The notes beneath the pieces are model-generated. The model worked only from the letters and a program-made list of their open reading frames with translations, was not told where the DNA came from and made no database searches. Position numbers and translations under genes: made by a program. DNA of 64,000 nucleotides. It comes from Toensbergia leucococca (Eukaryota). Positions within the stretch are counted from its first letter, which is position 1; every line of letters starts with the position of its first letter. Where the stretch lies: NCBI GenBank assembly GCA_022813965.1, contig JALDZS010000049.1, forward strand, positions 62,001 through 126,000, in the 5' to 3' direction. Shown one piece after another: positions 51,877-64,000 of this stretch.

Positions 51877-54800
51877 TCAGCTCGTTCCCCCAGCTCCCCC
51901 CCTGAATCTCTTCACACCCCCACTCCCATGTCCGTCTTGGCCTTCCTCCCGAGGCCTTTTGCTTCCCGGAACCCCAGGTACGAACTGTTTCGCACCGGCG
52001 CTCAAACGTCCACTGGTTGGACTTCCTCTCCCTGGCTGCTGTGTCTGTGGTGTGTTGACGTCCAGTTGCTGCGAACCACCCCTACCAGACCCCCGACCTA
52101 CGCCACGCCCTGTTGGATTGAAGCCGCCACGAGCTCCTCCACTTGCGACTGGTAGGCCTGATTGATGAAAGCCTTTCAACGCGGCTGGACCCATGCCTGG
52201 ATTTGGTTGGCTGTTTTGGCTTTGAGGTGGTTTAACGGGTAGACCGGATTCGGTCTGAGAAGCAGGTGGCTGGGTCCCGTTTACAGACGGACCCAAGGTA
52301 CTAGCGATCTGCGAGGGTTGAGAGGCTTGGTCTGAGGGAGTTTGAAAGGCGCGCGTAGCCGGAGGTGGCATCTGTGCTTGTGAAGGCGTCTGAATGCTTG
52401 TAGGCTGTACATCAGACGACTGGGAATGTAAGCTCTGAAGCCCGACTGAAGGTTTGCCGAAGGAGATGGTGCTAGATGGCTGCGATTGAAAGGGCTGGAT
52501 CGGCGGTGAGGGTTTCCCAAAGGTAGTAGTACCAGGTATCTGTGCTAGTGGAACCGGTTTTCCAAATGCAGTAGCAGTGGGAGGAATCTTTTGTCCCAGA
52601 ACGCTGCCCTGTGATGGCGGTTGAGTGGCCGCTGGAGGTGTACTAAATGGACTAGCAGTCAGAGAGACCTTTCGTCCGTCGAGATTCTCTTGTTGTGGCG
52701 GTTGAACAGGTGCTGAGGGCTTTCCAAATGATGTTGTGGCCTGAGTGATCTTTTGTCCATCTGTGCCTTGTTGTGGTCCTTGAACATTCGCTGGAGGCAG
52801 TGGTCGTGCGTTCTTAGCCACAGCCCAAACCTCCGACACCGGTGTCTCTGGCGTCTCCGTAGCTGCTTTCTGCACAACGTCGAGCTTTGCCTGACTGGCC
52901 TTTGCTCGATTTTCTGCCATGCTCGTTTTTACGTTATACTTCTTCTCCATCATGTTGACTGCCTGTTCTTTTTCCACCATCGCCTTGCCCTGTTGCTCCT
53001 CCTTGACTCTTGCTATCAATGCCTCTCTCTCTTGCCCTAATTTACTAGAGATGTTCCTCTTTACAATTTCCTTTACTGTCGTGTTTGTTGCAACTAATTC
53101 CTTGGCCTCTGCTTCCGATGGCTCCCATTTGCGACCAGAAGGTTGAGACTCCGACTTTGCTGTAGACTCACTGGGATCGTTAGATTTGGAATTTTCCACA
53201 AGCCAGGCTTCTTTGAATTCTTTGAACCTCGTATTTTCGGCTTGGCGAAGTTCATCTAGCTCCTCTTTATGCCGAACAATCAAGCCCTCAATTTCTTGAT
53301 TGTGTGTAGTCTTCAACATCTGTAACGCTTGCGCATGTTCGTCTTCTAACATCTCGCGAAACTGATTTTTGCCCTCGGCAAGCTTGCTGAGTAATTGAGC
53401 TTTCAAGCTTTCTGATCGTTTCTTAAAGGATTCCTCGAGCTGATGTACACGGCTATTATGACGAGACTCCAGCTCTGCACGGATTGCCTCGACTTGTTCC
53501 GTGACCTGCCCAGCGATAGATTTTGAGCCGTCCTCTGTCGATGCACTGGCTAAAGATGTGCTAATAGAAGCAGCCGTCCTCAATTTCTCTAGATCTTCTT
53601 GCGCCTGGGCAAGGTCTTGCCGGAGTTCTTCTAATTGAATGTTAGAATTAGAGGTTGGAAGAGTACTGGCTTGTTCTTGTTGCTGATTCTGAAGACGGGT
53701 GAGCTGTGTGTTAGTCGCATCAAGGCGCTGTTGCATTTCGACCTGTTTGACGTGATCAGCGACCACTTTCAGGGTTGTTCTAGAATCAAACTTACTATGA
53801 GACGCTCAAGCTCCGCAACCTTTGACTGGGCTGCAGTGGCTTCTCCCTGCAGAACCTGGGACCGAGTAGCCTCCTCGCTACACCTGGCTTCAGCAGCTTG
53901 GAGTCTCTCTTGGAAACGCTTCATATCGGCTTCTGCTGGAGTAACAGCCCCGTCTTCTTCTACTTGGCCTTCTTCTGTGCCATCCCGTGCGTTGTAGTCG
54001 GCATTTTTCTGCTGATTTGAAGCGGCAGTCTCGAGTGCCTGGTCTCTTTCGACTTTGGCTGCCTCAAGCTCTTGTTGTAATCCTTTGACCTGTTGCTCAA
54101 GAACTTCTTTCTCCTTCGTAGCAGCCTGTAGAACACCATCCTTTTCTTTCAATTTGCCTGTCAAATCCCTTGATCTAGCCTTAAATTGATCCGTAAGCCT
54201 CAGCCGAACTTCATGAAGTTTCTCGTTGATTGCCTCCTCAGCCTGTTTGATCTGCTCAGGGATGCTGTCGATCTGCTCTTGCATGGGTTGCTTCGATGAG
54301 ATCACCTCGTCCCGTTCGCTCCTCATAGTCTCGATTTGTTCCTTCAACGCTTCCAATTCTGCAGGGTCAATCCGCTCGTACTTCTGCAGAATATTTTGCG
54401 TCCGTTTTTCCCATCGATCGCGATCTTCCTTCACAATCCTCATCTCGCCTTCTTGGGTATCTCTCTCATTCTTGAGCTCTTGGATCTCGACCTGTAATGG
54501 CTGGACCTGTTTGATAAGATCGTCGACTTCCTTTGATTTCTCAGCCAATAAGGCTTGCGCTTGCCGAGCTTCGTTGCGCAAAGTAACACTGCTTTCCCGG
54601 AACAGGTTCAGTTCATTGATCGTCTCTATGAGCTTATTGTGGTTGAGCAAGCTGCGTTCGCTGTCTTCTTCGAGCCGTCTTTGTTGGTTGAGTTTCAACC
54701 GAGTCTCATCTAGCTGTGATTGAGTGTGGTCGAGCTGCTGCTTCAAACGCCTTGCCTCTTGTGCAGACAATTCCCACTGAACATCGACTATCTCTTTCTC

Positions 54801-57800
54801 ACGCCGCAGATACTTGATGACCTGCTGAAGGTTATCCATATCCGGAGCCAGCTTATTATCGGTTGTATCCTCATTCTCATCTGGTAAACCACGCTTTTGG
54901 AGACTAGATATCTGATTGCTAACGTTATCCAACTGCAGATGGAGCCGCTTGTTTTGGGCGTTCAGTTCTTCTCGGCCCTTTTTAAGGTCCATTATCTCTC
55001 TTTCATATCGTTCTCTTGACTCTGTCCAACTTTCTTCGCTCTGAGACAAGCTTGCTCGGGCTGAATCTGCGTCAGTCTTGAACTCGACAGCTTCAACTTT
55101 GAGATTGTTCAAGTCGCTTCGAACTCTCTGCAGCGTCTTTGCAGCTTCTGCGTGCTTGACCAGCTCGTTCTCATAGTTTTGTTGCGCTTGCTGGGCGATT
55201 TCCGCTTGAACTTTGAGATCTTCTTGGTGAAATTGTGCAGCAGCTGCATGGCGGTCGTCTTGATCTTTGAGTTGTGCTAATTCTGCTTCATATGCCGTCT
55301 TCTGTTCGTCAAGTCGTCGTTCAATTCCAGCCTGCTCCGTGCGTAGGGTTGATAGTTGGGAATTTGTGGTAGAGAGTTCCGAGCTTATATCTGTGACTCG
55401 CTGCTCAAGCTCCTGAATCTTGACGTCCTTCTCTCCAATGACTCGGTCAGTGTCTTGGCGATAGTGATCTTGGGTCTCATTCAGACTCTGTAACTCTTCC
55501 TCCGAGGCCTGGCTGATAGCCTTGTACTGCTCTACTTGACCCTTCACATTTTGGAGCTCCCGCTTTGCCAATTCAAGATCTCGCTTTAGATCAGACACTT
55601 GAAGGGCGAGTTCTTGCTCGTTACTCAAGCCTGAGTCGTCACTGCTCGTGTGTTCTGTCTGAGCCTCTGCTCCGTCCTTCGTTGCAGCTTGGCTCTTCGA
55701 AGTCGATTGAAGGGCCTGTGCACGCTCCTCTGCACTTCGGAGTTCGATCGTCATCTCATCCACTCTAGTCTGTAAGTGGTCGCGTGTTGTTTTCGCAGCG
55801 ATTAGCTCTTCACGAACAGATCCAAGGCTTGAAATGAGGTCATCAATCCTCGATTGGCTTTGCTGATGATCAAGTTCACGCCGGAGGGTAGCGCGTTTGC
55901 TGTCTTCTACTTGCTCGGAAAGCTGTCTGTTCGTGGCCTGTAATTCTTTTTCAAGGCTCTCAATCTGCCCTTGCAACCGTCGACGCATCTCGGTATCGGA
56001 GAGCTCGCGCTCGTTTAGAAGGCTCTGAAGATTGGTCGTCAAGCTGCTCTGACGACTCCTTTCATTCAGTAGAGCTTCATTATCCTCCACTAGTCTTTTC
56101 TCCACAGTCGCCCGAAAGTGCTTTTCAGCCTTCAGATTTGCAGTCTCGTTTCGAATGCTCTCTAGGAGGCCCTTGGCTTCTACCAGATCCTCAGCGACCT
56201 GCTGGGTCCGCAGATCTTGTCTGGCAGCAGTGTCTGAAAGGAATGCTGCTCTCTTCTGAAGCTCACCGTTTTCGTTTTTGAGCATCATGTAGTTAGCTTG
56301 GAGCATCTCGTATCGTTGATGGGCCAATGTGACTTGGCTATTTCCTCGCATGACTTCGCTTCGAAGTTCGCCATTAGTCTTTGAGAGACTATCAACCTGT
56401 TCCTTCAAAGTTGAACGATCGGTTGCAGCTTCATGTCGATATGCGTCAAAGTGATTCTGCATGTCTTTCAAAAGCTTAGCATAATCGGCCATGTCCTTTG
56501 ACGACGGAGATTGCTCCATATTGTTCACCATGCTATTGTTTTGGGGAGTACTTGGTAACTCTCCTCCATTAACAGATTCTCCAAACATAGAGGCAAGGTC
56601 GCTACCTGGAGGTAAAGAGCCTCTGTGAGAAAGCATGCGACGGAACATGTCACGCTCCCGAATGTAGCTTTGCGATTGTGTGACCAATGATTTCATCTCG
56701 TCCTTGCATCGCTCAAGTTTCTGTCGTAAATCGCCTAGTTCCTCTTTATCCTGTGCTGTTTGTGACTGATTCCGTTGAGCTTCTTCTCCTTCCATACGGT
56801 CGCCCAGTTCCCGAGTGAGCTTCAACAGCTTCCTATTTTGCTCCTGGAGGCCAGCAACATCCCTGAATGTGGTGAGGTGCTCACTAATATACTTGTCTGT
56901 ATCTGTCCTGCCGTCTACAGGATCTTCATCAGGCATGCTCTGAGCTAATTGTTCGAGTTTTATGCGTTCCTCTACACTCACTTCACCAAGATGGACTTCC
57001 ATCAGCAGGACTTTGATTTGTGAGCTGAGGTCCCGCAGTTGCTGCCGGAGAAGTTCGCCTTCTTTCACCATCGCGTCCAGTTCGCTAGCGTTCTTCCTCG
57101 CTTCTTTGAGTGCCTGATCTCGTTCCTTGCCAATACTATCAACTAGAGCAGACATTTCCACGATATCTGCTTCCAGGCGCCCATGATCTGCACGAAGCTC
57201 CTCGACTTCCGGCTGTCGCGTTTCCATGTCTTGGATCATATCGTCGAGGGTAGAAGTAATCTTCTCATTCCTGCGTTTCTCTGTCTCCAGCTCTGCGGTA
57301 ACTTTGTTGAATTCACTATACAACTGAGTGAAATTGAGACCTCCTTTAACTCGAGATGAATTGGGTGAAAAGATACTTGCAGGTAATCCGAGTCGAACGG
57401 GGGTTCCGAAAGCATGTCCGTTGATGCCTGGATGTGGGGAACCAGGTGCAGATCCTTGTTTACGCAATGTTTCTAGATCTGCTTCCAAGCTTTCAACTTG
57501 AACTTCGAGATCGGCAACTCTCTGTTCCGCGGCTTCTCGATCTTGGTGCTCTGTCTCAATTTCGGAGTTGATCCTGCCAATTTGCTCAGCAGCATCCTCT
57601 CTTGCTGCTTCCAATTCTTGACTAAGATCTTGATGACGCCGTCGTTCGGTCTCAACAGAATTACTCATAAGCTCGGCCAAACGATTAGCTGCGTCAAGCT
57701 CAATCCTGAAAGCTTCCTCCTTGCTAGCGGTTTCCTCCTCTAACTGCTGGACCTTGGCCATGGAATTGTCTGCTACTTGTTCCACTTCTTCCAGACGTGT

Positions 57801-58621
57801 GCGTAAATTGTTCTCCGTACGGGTCAAGGCTTCGGTTTTGCTGATCATTTCATCATTCTGACGCTGGAGTTCCGCAATACGGGAGCCCTTCTCCTTGCGG
57901 TACTTGGAATGCTCTTCGGACTTGGTTTTTATCTCGCCATCCAGCCAGTCATTGTTCCTCTTCAAGTGTTCGATTTCTTGTTGTAAACTTTGCTCGCGAA
58001 ATTTTGCACTTGAAGACGCAGCTTCGGTAGATTGTACAGATTGCTCCAATCCAGAGACTTCACGTCTCAGTTCAACGATCTTCTGATGCTGAGCGCTAAG
58101 CTCTACGACGAGTTGGTCGTAGGCTGAGGATTTTGACTCTAGCAAAGACAGAGTATCTCGATTTGATGATTCGAGTGACGATATGCGAGCCTTTAAAGTA
58201 GAAATTTCCGAAACCGATGACGAAGTGGACGATTTCAAGGCCTCAAATTCTGACACTAGCGAAGTTCTTGAATTTTCTGTAGGGAACTAAAGTTAGCATA
58301 CACCAATCTCCAAAGGTTGCAATGCTAACCTTCTGCCTGTAATTTCTGTTTAATCTCTGCAGCTTCCTTGAGACTTTTGTCAACCGAAGCCTTGAGCACA
58401 CGAGTCTTTGACTCCCCGCCACGGACAGCATTCTCAAGCTCCACATCAAGCTTAAGCTTCTCTGATCTGATCTCATCGTATTCGCGGGCTTTCGCAGTTA
58501 CACTGCGTAGAAGGGCCTGAACCAGCTCTGCAGAAGGTGCATCTAGTAAAGTATGGACGGTGCTTTGAGGTATCGAGCAGTAAGAGGAGATGTGGGCAAC
58601 ATCCAGTTCCGCCATAACCAT
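51877..58621 (-). CDS. MLP1: Nuclear basket coiled-coil nucleoporin Mlp1/Mlp2/TPR; exons 58621-58330, 58276-53796, 53742-51877
   Basis: About 2200-aa coiled coil, 'AQQAQQNYENELVKHAEAA', 'IKYLRREKEI', 'LFRESSVTLRNE', C-terminal NLS-like 'KRPRE...KRFR'; start may be 58615. Confidence 0.93.
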
Positions 58622-59250
58622 CTCAATGATGCACCATAAGATTTACCTATCACTAACGACAATCAAGCCATGAAAGCAGCGTGAGAAGCGATTTGATAAC
58701 CACAGGGTACTGTGACAAGGGCAAGTCTGCTTTTGAAGTACACAGATTGGAGAAGGGTTCTCCTCTGAACTTGACCAAACTTTGTGTGATATACTGTGAC
58801 TCGTGATATTCGACGTCCAGTGTTGACGGTAACCAATCGGGGATAGATAAGAATCAGTCAAGAAGTGTTGTCTTTGTTTAACGCGCTGGCTCGTCGCCCT
58901 GCATGTCCGTAATTCCTTAGCTCGACCTTCATCTCCGAAAACAACCTAGCACTACATAGGTACGGTACCTTAGTGGGGTCAAGCTGTAATTTTCGTAAGG
59001 CATTCACACACTCGTCACGCCACGCCTTATCCGGTTTCGGTACTCAGTATCAATACGGAGACAGGTACAAGGATATTTTGGGAGTCATATTCACAGGGTT
59101 ATCGATTCCCTGATACATTGAATCAACAATACTGCCCTTTGAAACAAGGTATCATTACATACTCACACATCTTGCCCACAAATTTTCTTGAACGATTCTC
59201 ACCATTTCATACTCCATACACAACCTCCGATTGCTCTACAACTGGTCACG

Positions 59251-60123
59251 ATGTCTTCCTATCTAGATGCCCAGATCAAAACCTTCAATTCAAACCTTAC
59301 GTCGTCCTCCGGCAAAATTTCCAATAAGCGTGCCGCACCAATTCCGCCAACATCGAGTCCATCTCCTGCGCCATCAAAAGCCTCGACGTCAAGCAAGCAT
59401 AATCTCAAGCGGAAGCGCCCAGAGCCCACCAACGTGGTTTACTCGCAGCCGGCAGACACGGGGACTGGGAGGAACATGATAACCCAAGTCAGCTATGCTG
59501 TTGAGTATTTGAAAACTAAAGGCACTCCTCAAACCTTCCAAGACCTGATATCCTACTTGTCCCTACAATATAAAGAAGACAAGTACAAGCAGGCAATGAG
59601 ACAGATATTAAGGACCCACAATAAAGTTGAGTTTAGACGAATTAATGACAAAGATCCGGGCACGTACAGCTTTAGGCCAGTTCACAACATCCGCTCCGGA
59701 GAAAATTTGCTAGGTTTCCTACAACAACAGTCAACGGCACAGGGGCTTAGTGTTCGCGACCTACGTGATGGGTGGCAGGGAGCAGAGGAAGCCATCAGTC
59801 TACTCGAAGCGCAAGGGAAGCTATTCGTTACCCGAAACAAGAAGGACAATCACGCAAAGATGGTCTGGCCAAACGATCCATCCTTAGCGACCACGATCGA
59901 TGCGGAATTTCAGCTCATGTGGCACAAGATCAAGCTTCCTGAGCCTGCGGCATTGATAGATGAGCTCGAGAATGCGTCACTGGTCCCAGCTAACAAGAGT
60001 CGGGCCGTCAAAGCAAAGCCGAAAGTCCAGGAGAAGAAAACGAAGAAGCCGAGAAAGAGCGGGAAGACGACGAACAACCATATGTCAGGCATTCTGAGAG
60101 ACTATTCGGGTCTGAAGAAGTGA
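59251..60123 (+). CDS. TFA2: Transcription factor TFIIE beta subunit
   Basis: 'VVYSQPADTGTG', 'AVEYLK', 'YSFRPVHNIRS', 'DLRDGW', 'KTTNNHMSGILRDYS'. Confidence 0.93.
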   Translation: MSSYLDAQIKTFNSNLTSSSGKISNKRAAPIPPTSSPSPAPSKASTSSKHNLKRKRPEPTNVVYSQPADTGTGRNMITQVSYAVEYLKTKGTPQTFQDLISYLSLQYKEDKYKQAMRQILRTHNKVEFRRINDKDPGTYSFRPVHNIRSGENLLGFLQQQSTAQGLSVRDLRDGWQGAEEAISLLEAQGKLFVTRNKKDNHAKMVWPNDPSLATTIDAEFQLMWHKIKLPEPAALIDELENASLVPANKSRAVKAKPKVQEKKTKKPRKSGKTTNNHMSGILRDYSGLKK

Positions 60124-60371
60124 TTGGCAATTCTTCGATATAGGAGTAATGACTGCTCTACACCCATTGATATTGAAGTTTGACAAGAAGGCCCAAGAGG
60201 GGCTGGGTGGAAATCCCCTCGGCACTGGTCAGTCGGAGGAGTTGGAGGACACTACATTAATGTTTTCACGATATCCATTAGATCAGCATGCTCGCAAGGC
60301 TTTCAGAGCACAAAGACTACCGGCTCAGCGCTTTCGATTATTTCATTCATGTGTGGTCTGACCTGCATTTG

Positions 60372-61229
60372 CTACGAATCAGGATCCCGTCTGACACCGA
60401 AAAAGTAGTTGCCCCATCTCTCTCCGCCCTCAACCATTCTCCATCCCAATCCAGGCAGATACACGCAGCCCATTGCCTTCACCGCTCCCTGTCCCCCCCA
60501 GCCCTTCTGCCCCAGAAAAAATCCCCTCATCTCCTCCTCATCAATATACTTTGCCCAGTCATGCGTTCCCCTTGGTACCAACCTCACCACCTCCTCAGCC
60601 ACAACCTTCGTCGTCAGCCAACTAGTCCACGTCCGAGCAATAGTACTCAAGACGAGCCAGCCGCCGGGTTTGACAAAGGGAAGACATGCTGCTAAGAAGG
60701 GTACGGGATAGGTGATGTGCTCGATTACTTCGAAAAGGGTAAGAACATCGTACTGTTCTTCTACCGTCCGAGGTCGTGGAAGGTCCTCTATGGATTTGTT
60801 GAGGTATTCCAAGCGCCCTTGCTTCTGGAAAAGTGGATCTTGCCGTGCGTGCTCCCGCGCCACATCAATAACCTCTCCGCTTGGATCAACACCCGTAACC
60901 TTTTCTGTACCTAAAAGGCGCGCAGCGCTCTCAGTAAATATGCCTCCTCCGCATCCAACGTCGAGGTAGCGCTTTTTAGCTGAAGAGTTCTGATTCGGTT
61001 GGAAGGAGAGGCAGGAGGAGATGAAGTCATGACGATAGGGGTTCATGAGGTGGAGGAGACGGGAGGAGCCGTGAGGGTCCCACCATGTTGAGGCGAGGGC
61101 GTTGAAGTGAGAGACTTCTGCTGGGTTGACTGAGGATGTGAGAGGTGAGGCACTGGAGTTGGGGCGATTCTGGGAGGGTTTGCGGCGGAGGAGGCTTAGG
61201 TTACGGAGAGCTGTGGGGCGAGTTGCCAT
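60372..61229 (-). CDS. COQ3: Ubiquinone biosynthesis O-methyltransferase, mitochondrial
   Basis: Arg-rich presequence, 'EVSHFNALASTWWDPHG', 'LHLMNP', SAM motif 'LDVGCGGG', 'FEVIEH'. Confidence 0.95.
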   Translation of the reverse strand: MATRPTALRNLSLLRRKPSQNRPNSSASPLTSSVNPAEVSHFNALASTWWDPHGSSRLLHLMNPYRHDFISSCLSFQPNQNSSAKKRYLDVGCGGGIFTESAARLLGTEKVTGVDPSGEVIDVAREHARQDPLFQKQGRLEYLNKSIEDLPRPRTVEEQYDVLTLFEVIEHITYPVPFLAACLPFVKPGGWLVLSTIARTWTSWLTTKVVAEEVVRLVPRGTHDWAKYIDEEEMRGFFLGQKGWGGQGAVKAMGCVYLPGLGWRMVEGGERWGNYFFGVRRDPDS

Positions 61230-62773
61230 GGTGCGATTACCTCGATAAAGTCTAGGATATAATGAAAAGCGATGTGATATCGGAGAGCGTTCCGAGTGTC
61301 GACTCTGGAGAAATGTGACTATTTATAAATCTTGAGCGCAAAGGCTATTTCAAGCCATGTCGAAATTAATTAGATGATGGTGTGATATCCAGCTAATGGA
61401 TAGATGAGTAATATCTGAGTTGCTATAAGCCTAACAAATCCAGGGTTAGAGCTACGCCATATGGAAATCTCCGTGGCACTCTAATGCATCTTGAAGTCAT
61501 ACAGAGTACTTTATGGCACTTCACGACTTTGTCGTGCGCCTCGGTGGGTGACAAACTTAAGGTATGTCAGCTATTGGCGGCTCGGCCCGCGCGCTAATTA
61601 GTCACACATCACATGTCGAGCTTGTGCATTCAACGACAAACATTTCCATATTTGCTTCAAACAAAGAATCCTGCGCCGTCAAAGTCATTGAAGTGGGAGA
61701 GACATCTCAGACATCTTGATATATTGTAGTATAGAAGCTAATGCCTTTGTTTCAATCTGTCTTTTGCGCAGTGAGGCCATGATAAAATCAACAAAGTCAT
61801 CTCCGTTCAGCCAAATAGAACAGGATCTCATGTCTACAATTTGTGTCAATAATGATTTTGGATTGATTTTGGATTGACTTTATCTCTGCTAGATGAGCGA
61901 TTCGTCGCTGACATTCGGCCATGAGTCCTATCTCGTTACTCTTAAATATGTTATGCTATCAAGTTTGATTCAGCATTCACAAGCTAAAGATTGAAAATGA
62001 CCATCACCTTGGCTACGACCGTAGGCCGGAGTTCTCCAACCTCTCAGATTGTTTATGGTCATGATGGAACTTTACTGAGTGCTAAGCTTTTCCCTAGATG
62101 GCTACGCAAAAGCGTAAAAGGGCCTGGGCGAATGCAGTCCCGATCGACAACATGGTATGCTCTCCTTCCTGCATATAGCTTGACACGTTTCTTACTTTAA
62201 CCGCGACTCCAAATCTGGGGCACCAAGGATGTACCAGCCACTTGCGATCTCTGGCTCTACTATACTAAGTGCCTAGGGCTTATTGAGTATATCTTTCGAA
62301 TAGCTTATCTTCGGGTGCACCACGCTAGGCAACTTTGATAGCTAACGTGTTATATACCATACCAATTCAGGCGTCTTAAACAGCCCTCTCAAATCAACAG
62401 TCTAGGGTGCTCAGAGTCCTATTGTTGATAGCTACCAAGGTATATACTACACTTACTTGGCCGTGCTGTTGACTCACAATCCATTAAATTGTCGTCCTGA
62501 AACCTTGAGGTTCCTGTGAGACTCGCAGCCTCATTGTTCGACAAAGCTATCTTTGAATAACACCGACTTATCACTGCTCCTTTATCGTTCTGCCAGAGTG
62601 TTCGAAGATGTTCCACACAGAACTTTCTGATTATTACTCCTTTATATAACAGCGATTGTCTTCGTAGTAATCTAATACGGGCTTCTTCTTCGACACACCG
62701 AAAAACAACTTCTTTTCTCCATCCACCAGAACTTCATCTTCAATACCATCGAAGAACACTTCATACATCTATC

Positions 62774-63475
62774 ATGGCTCCAACAAGAAAATTAGCTAAT
62801 GCAGCCTCGCGGCCTCAGATTCATCTCTTCAAAAGCGTCCACTCTGAGCGCCTCATTCGAAAGACCTACGACAAGGGTCGACTAGTTGAACAAATATATC
62901 GGACGCATACGAAGATGTTCCTCTCGAAGCCCAAAGGCTGTGGGGCATGGAGGAAACACCGTGAAGCAGATGGAAGGGTATTGTATCCCTTGCGGGATCC
63001 CGAGGATCCCAAGAACAAAGACGTGATGGACATTGAAGTCCTACATGAGACTGTCTTACGGGAAGCGAGTCCGTTGCCGGTAGATCAAAAGGCCTTGAAA
63101 TACCGCAGCTTCTACAGGGTCGGCAAGAATCTGACAGACTCCAAGACCCTCTTACGTATCGATGCGCCGATGAAGCTCGAAGACGTGCCAGACCATGCGA
63201 CGGTCCATAACACGAGGCACAACACAAAGGAGTCTCTCGACCCGGAAACGCCCATCCCGTCCATTGAGGACGAGCCCATTTACCGTCCTCTGGGCCCTGG
63301 GAGGCGCGTTCATTTCCCAACTCCTCCCCGTCACGAACGTCCGAACCCCCATGTCTCGGAATTCCACGGACCAGTTCCGGGAGAAGAGCCTCGACACATA
63401 CATATCAACCTGCGGCTAGGCCCTCCGCCTCCTCGTCTGATCCTACGTATGGGCCCACCACCGGCGTCTCGCTAA
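62774..63475 (+). CDS. Orphan hypothetical protein (233 aa, basic, Pro-rich C-terminus)
   Basis: Intronless ORF with good start context (atcATGg), TATATAA at about 62643 and pyrimidine-rich leader; no family recognised. Confidence 0.6.
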   Translation: MAPTRKLANAASRPQIHLFKSVHSERLIRKTYDKGRLVEQIYRTHTKMFLSKPKGCGAWRKHREADGRVLYPLRDPEDPKNKDVMDIEVLHETVLREASPLPVDQKALKYRSFYRVGKNLTDSKTLLRIDAPMKLEDVPDHATVHNTRHNTKESLDPETPIPSIEDEPIYRPLGPGRRVHFPTPPRHERPNPHVSEFHGPVPGEEPRHIHINLRLGPPPPRLILRMGPPPASR

Positions 63476-64000
63476 GTCTTTCGTTTGGCATGGAAAGCCA
63501 GGGGATCTTTGGCGTGGATGCTAGGATAACCAGCCCGATTCTACTATATGAATTCACTGCTCTGTATGGCTTCGAAACCTACAAAGAAGCAACTAGCAAT
63601 CTAAGCCATACAGCCCTTTTCGAAGTGGGCCGAGGGAGCGCCGCCGCCTCAAGGCCTGCATCCAGTGACTGCATCGTGGATACTCACATAGACAGTGGGC
63701 TGTCAATCATTGGGCAAATTTGCAAGACGCCGAAGCATGGCGGACCGAATAGCCAATCGTAGGTGGCGCATACCAAACCAGAGTTATGGCTTGGTGTACC
63801 GAGGTGGGATCCTACACCAAAAGCAGCCCGATGTTTCAGTAGTGAAGGTGAGCCTTGCACCACAGCCCTCAGATCTGCCAGCGACTAATAATATTACAAG
63901 TTCATTTAAAATCATAGGGTCCTGCGCCACGGACACAGTGGTCTACCCACCGGACCATGATGTTGAGTATTGTGTCCTGGTAGATATGCAAGGGTCCTGT

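Overview
Intron-containing genomic DNA of a filamentous ascomycete (Pezizomycotina). Introns are short, GT/GC-AG, with CTRAC/CTRAY branch points. Two housekeeping blocks are present. Block 1 (1-15.7 kb): RRP12 3' end, SEC6, MRPL33, DPL1, homocitrate synthase, epsin, DUF4139 protein. Block 2 (34.7-61.2 kb): POT1, VIT-vWA protein, CDC31, SDR, NUP98-96, dynactin p27-like, MLP1/TPR, TFA2, COQ3. Between them lies a gene-sparse accessory interval (about 15.7-34.3 kb) with a C2H2 transcription factor, a secreted hybrid-B-like heme peroxidase lacking WSC domains, two small secreted 6-Cys proteins, a PY-motif membrane protein and orphans. Most notable observations: (i) a four-exon, 100-aa secreted Cys-rich peptide gene (31089-31749) that the ORF track misses; (ii) three frame-required GC-AG introns within 11 kb; (iii) repeated sharp C/A-rich to G/T-rich strand-skew switches, independent of gene orientation. 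All gene models were spliced by eye and product calls rest on motif recognition; no database search was run. No rRNA, tRNA, CRISPR array or intact transposon was recognised.
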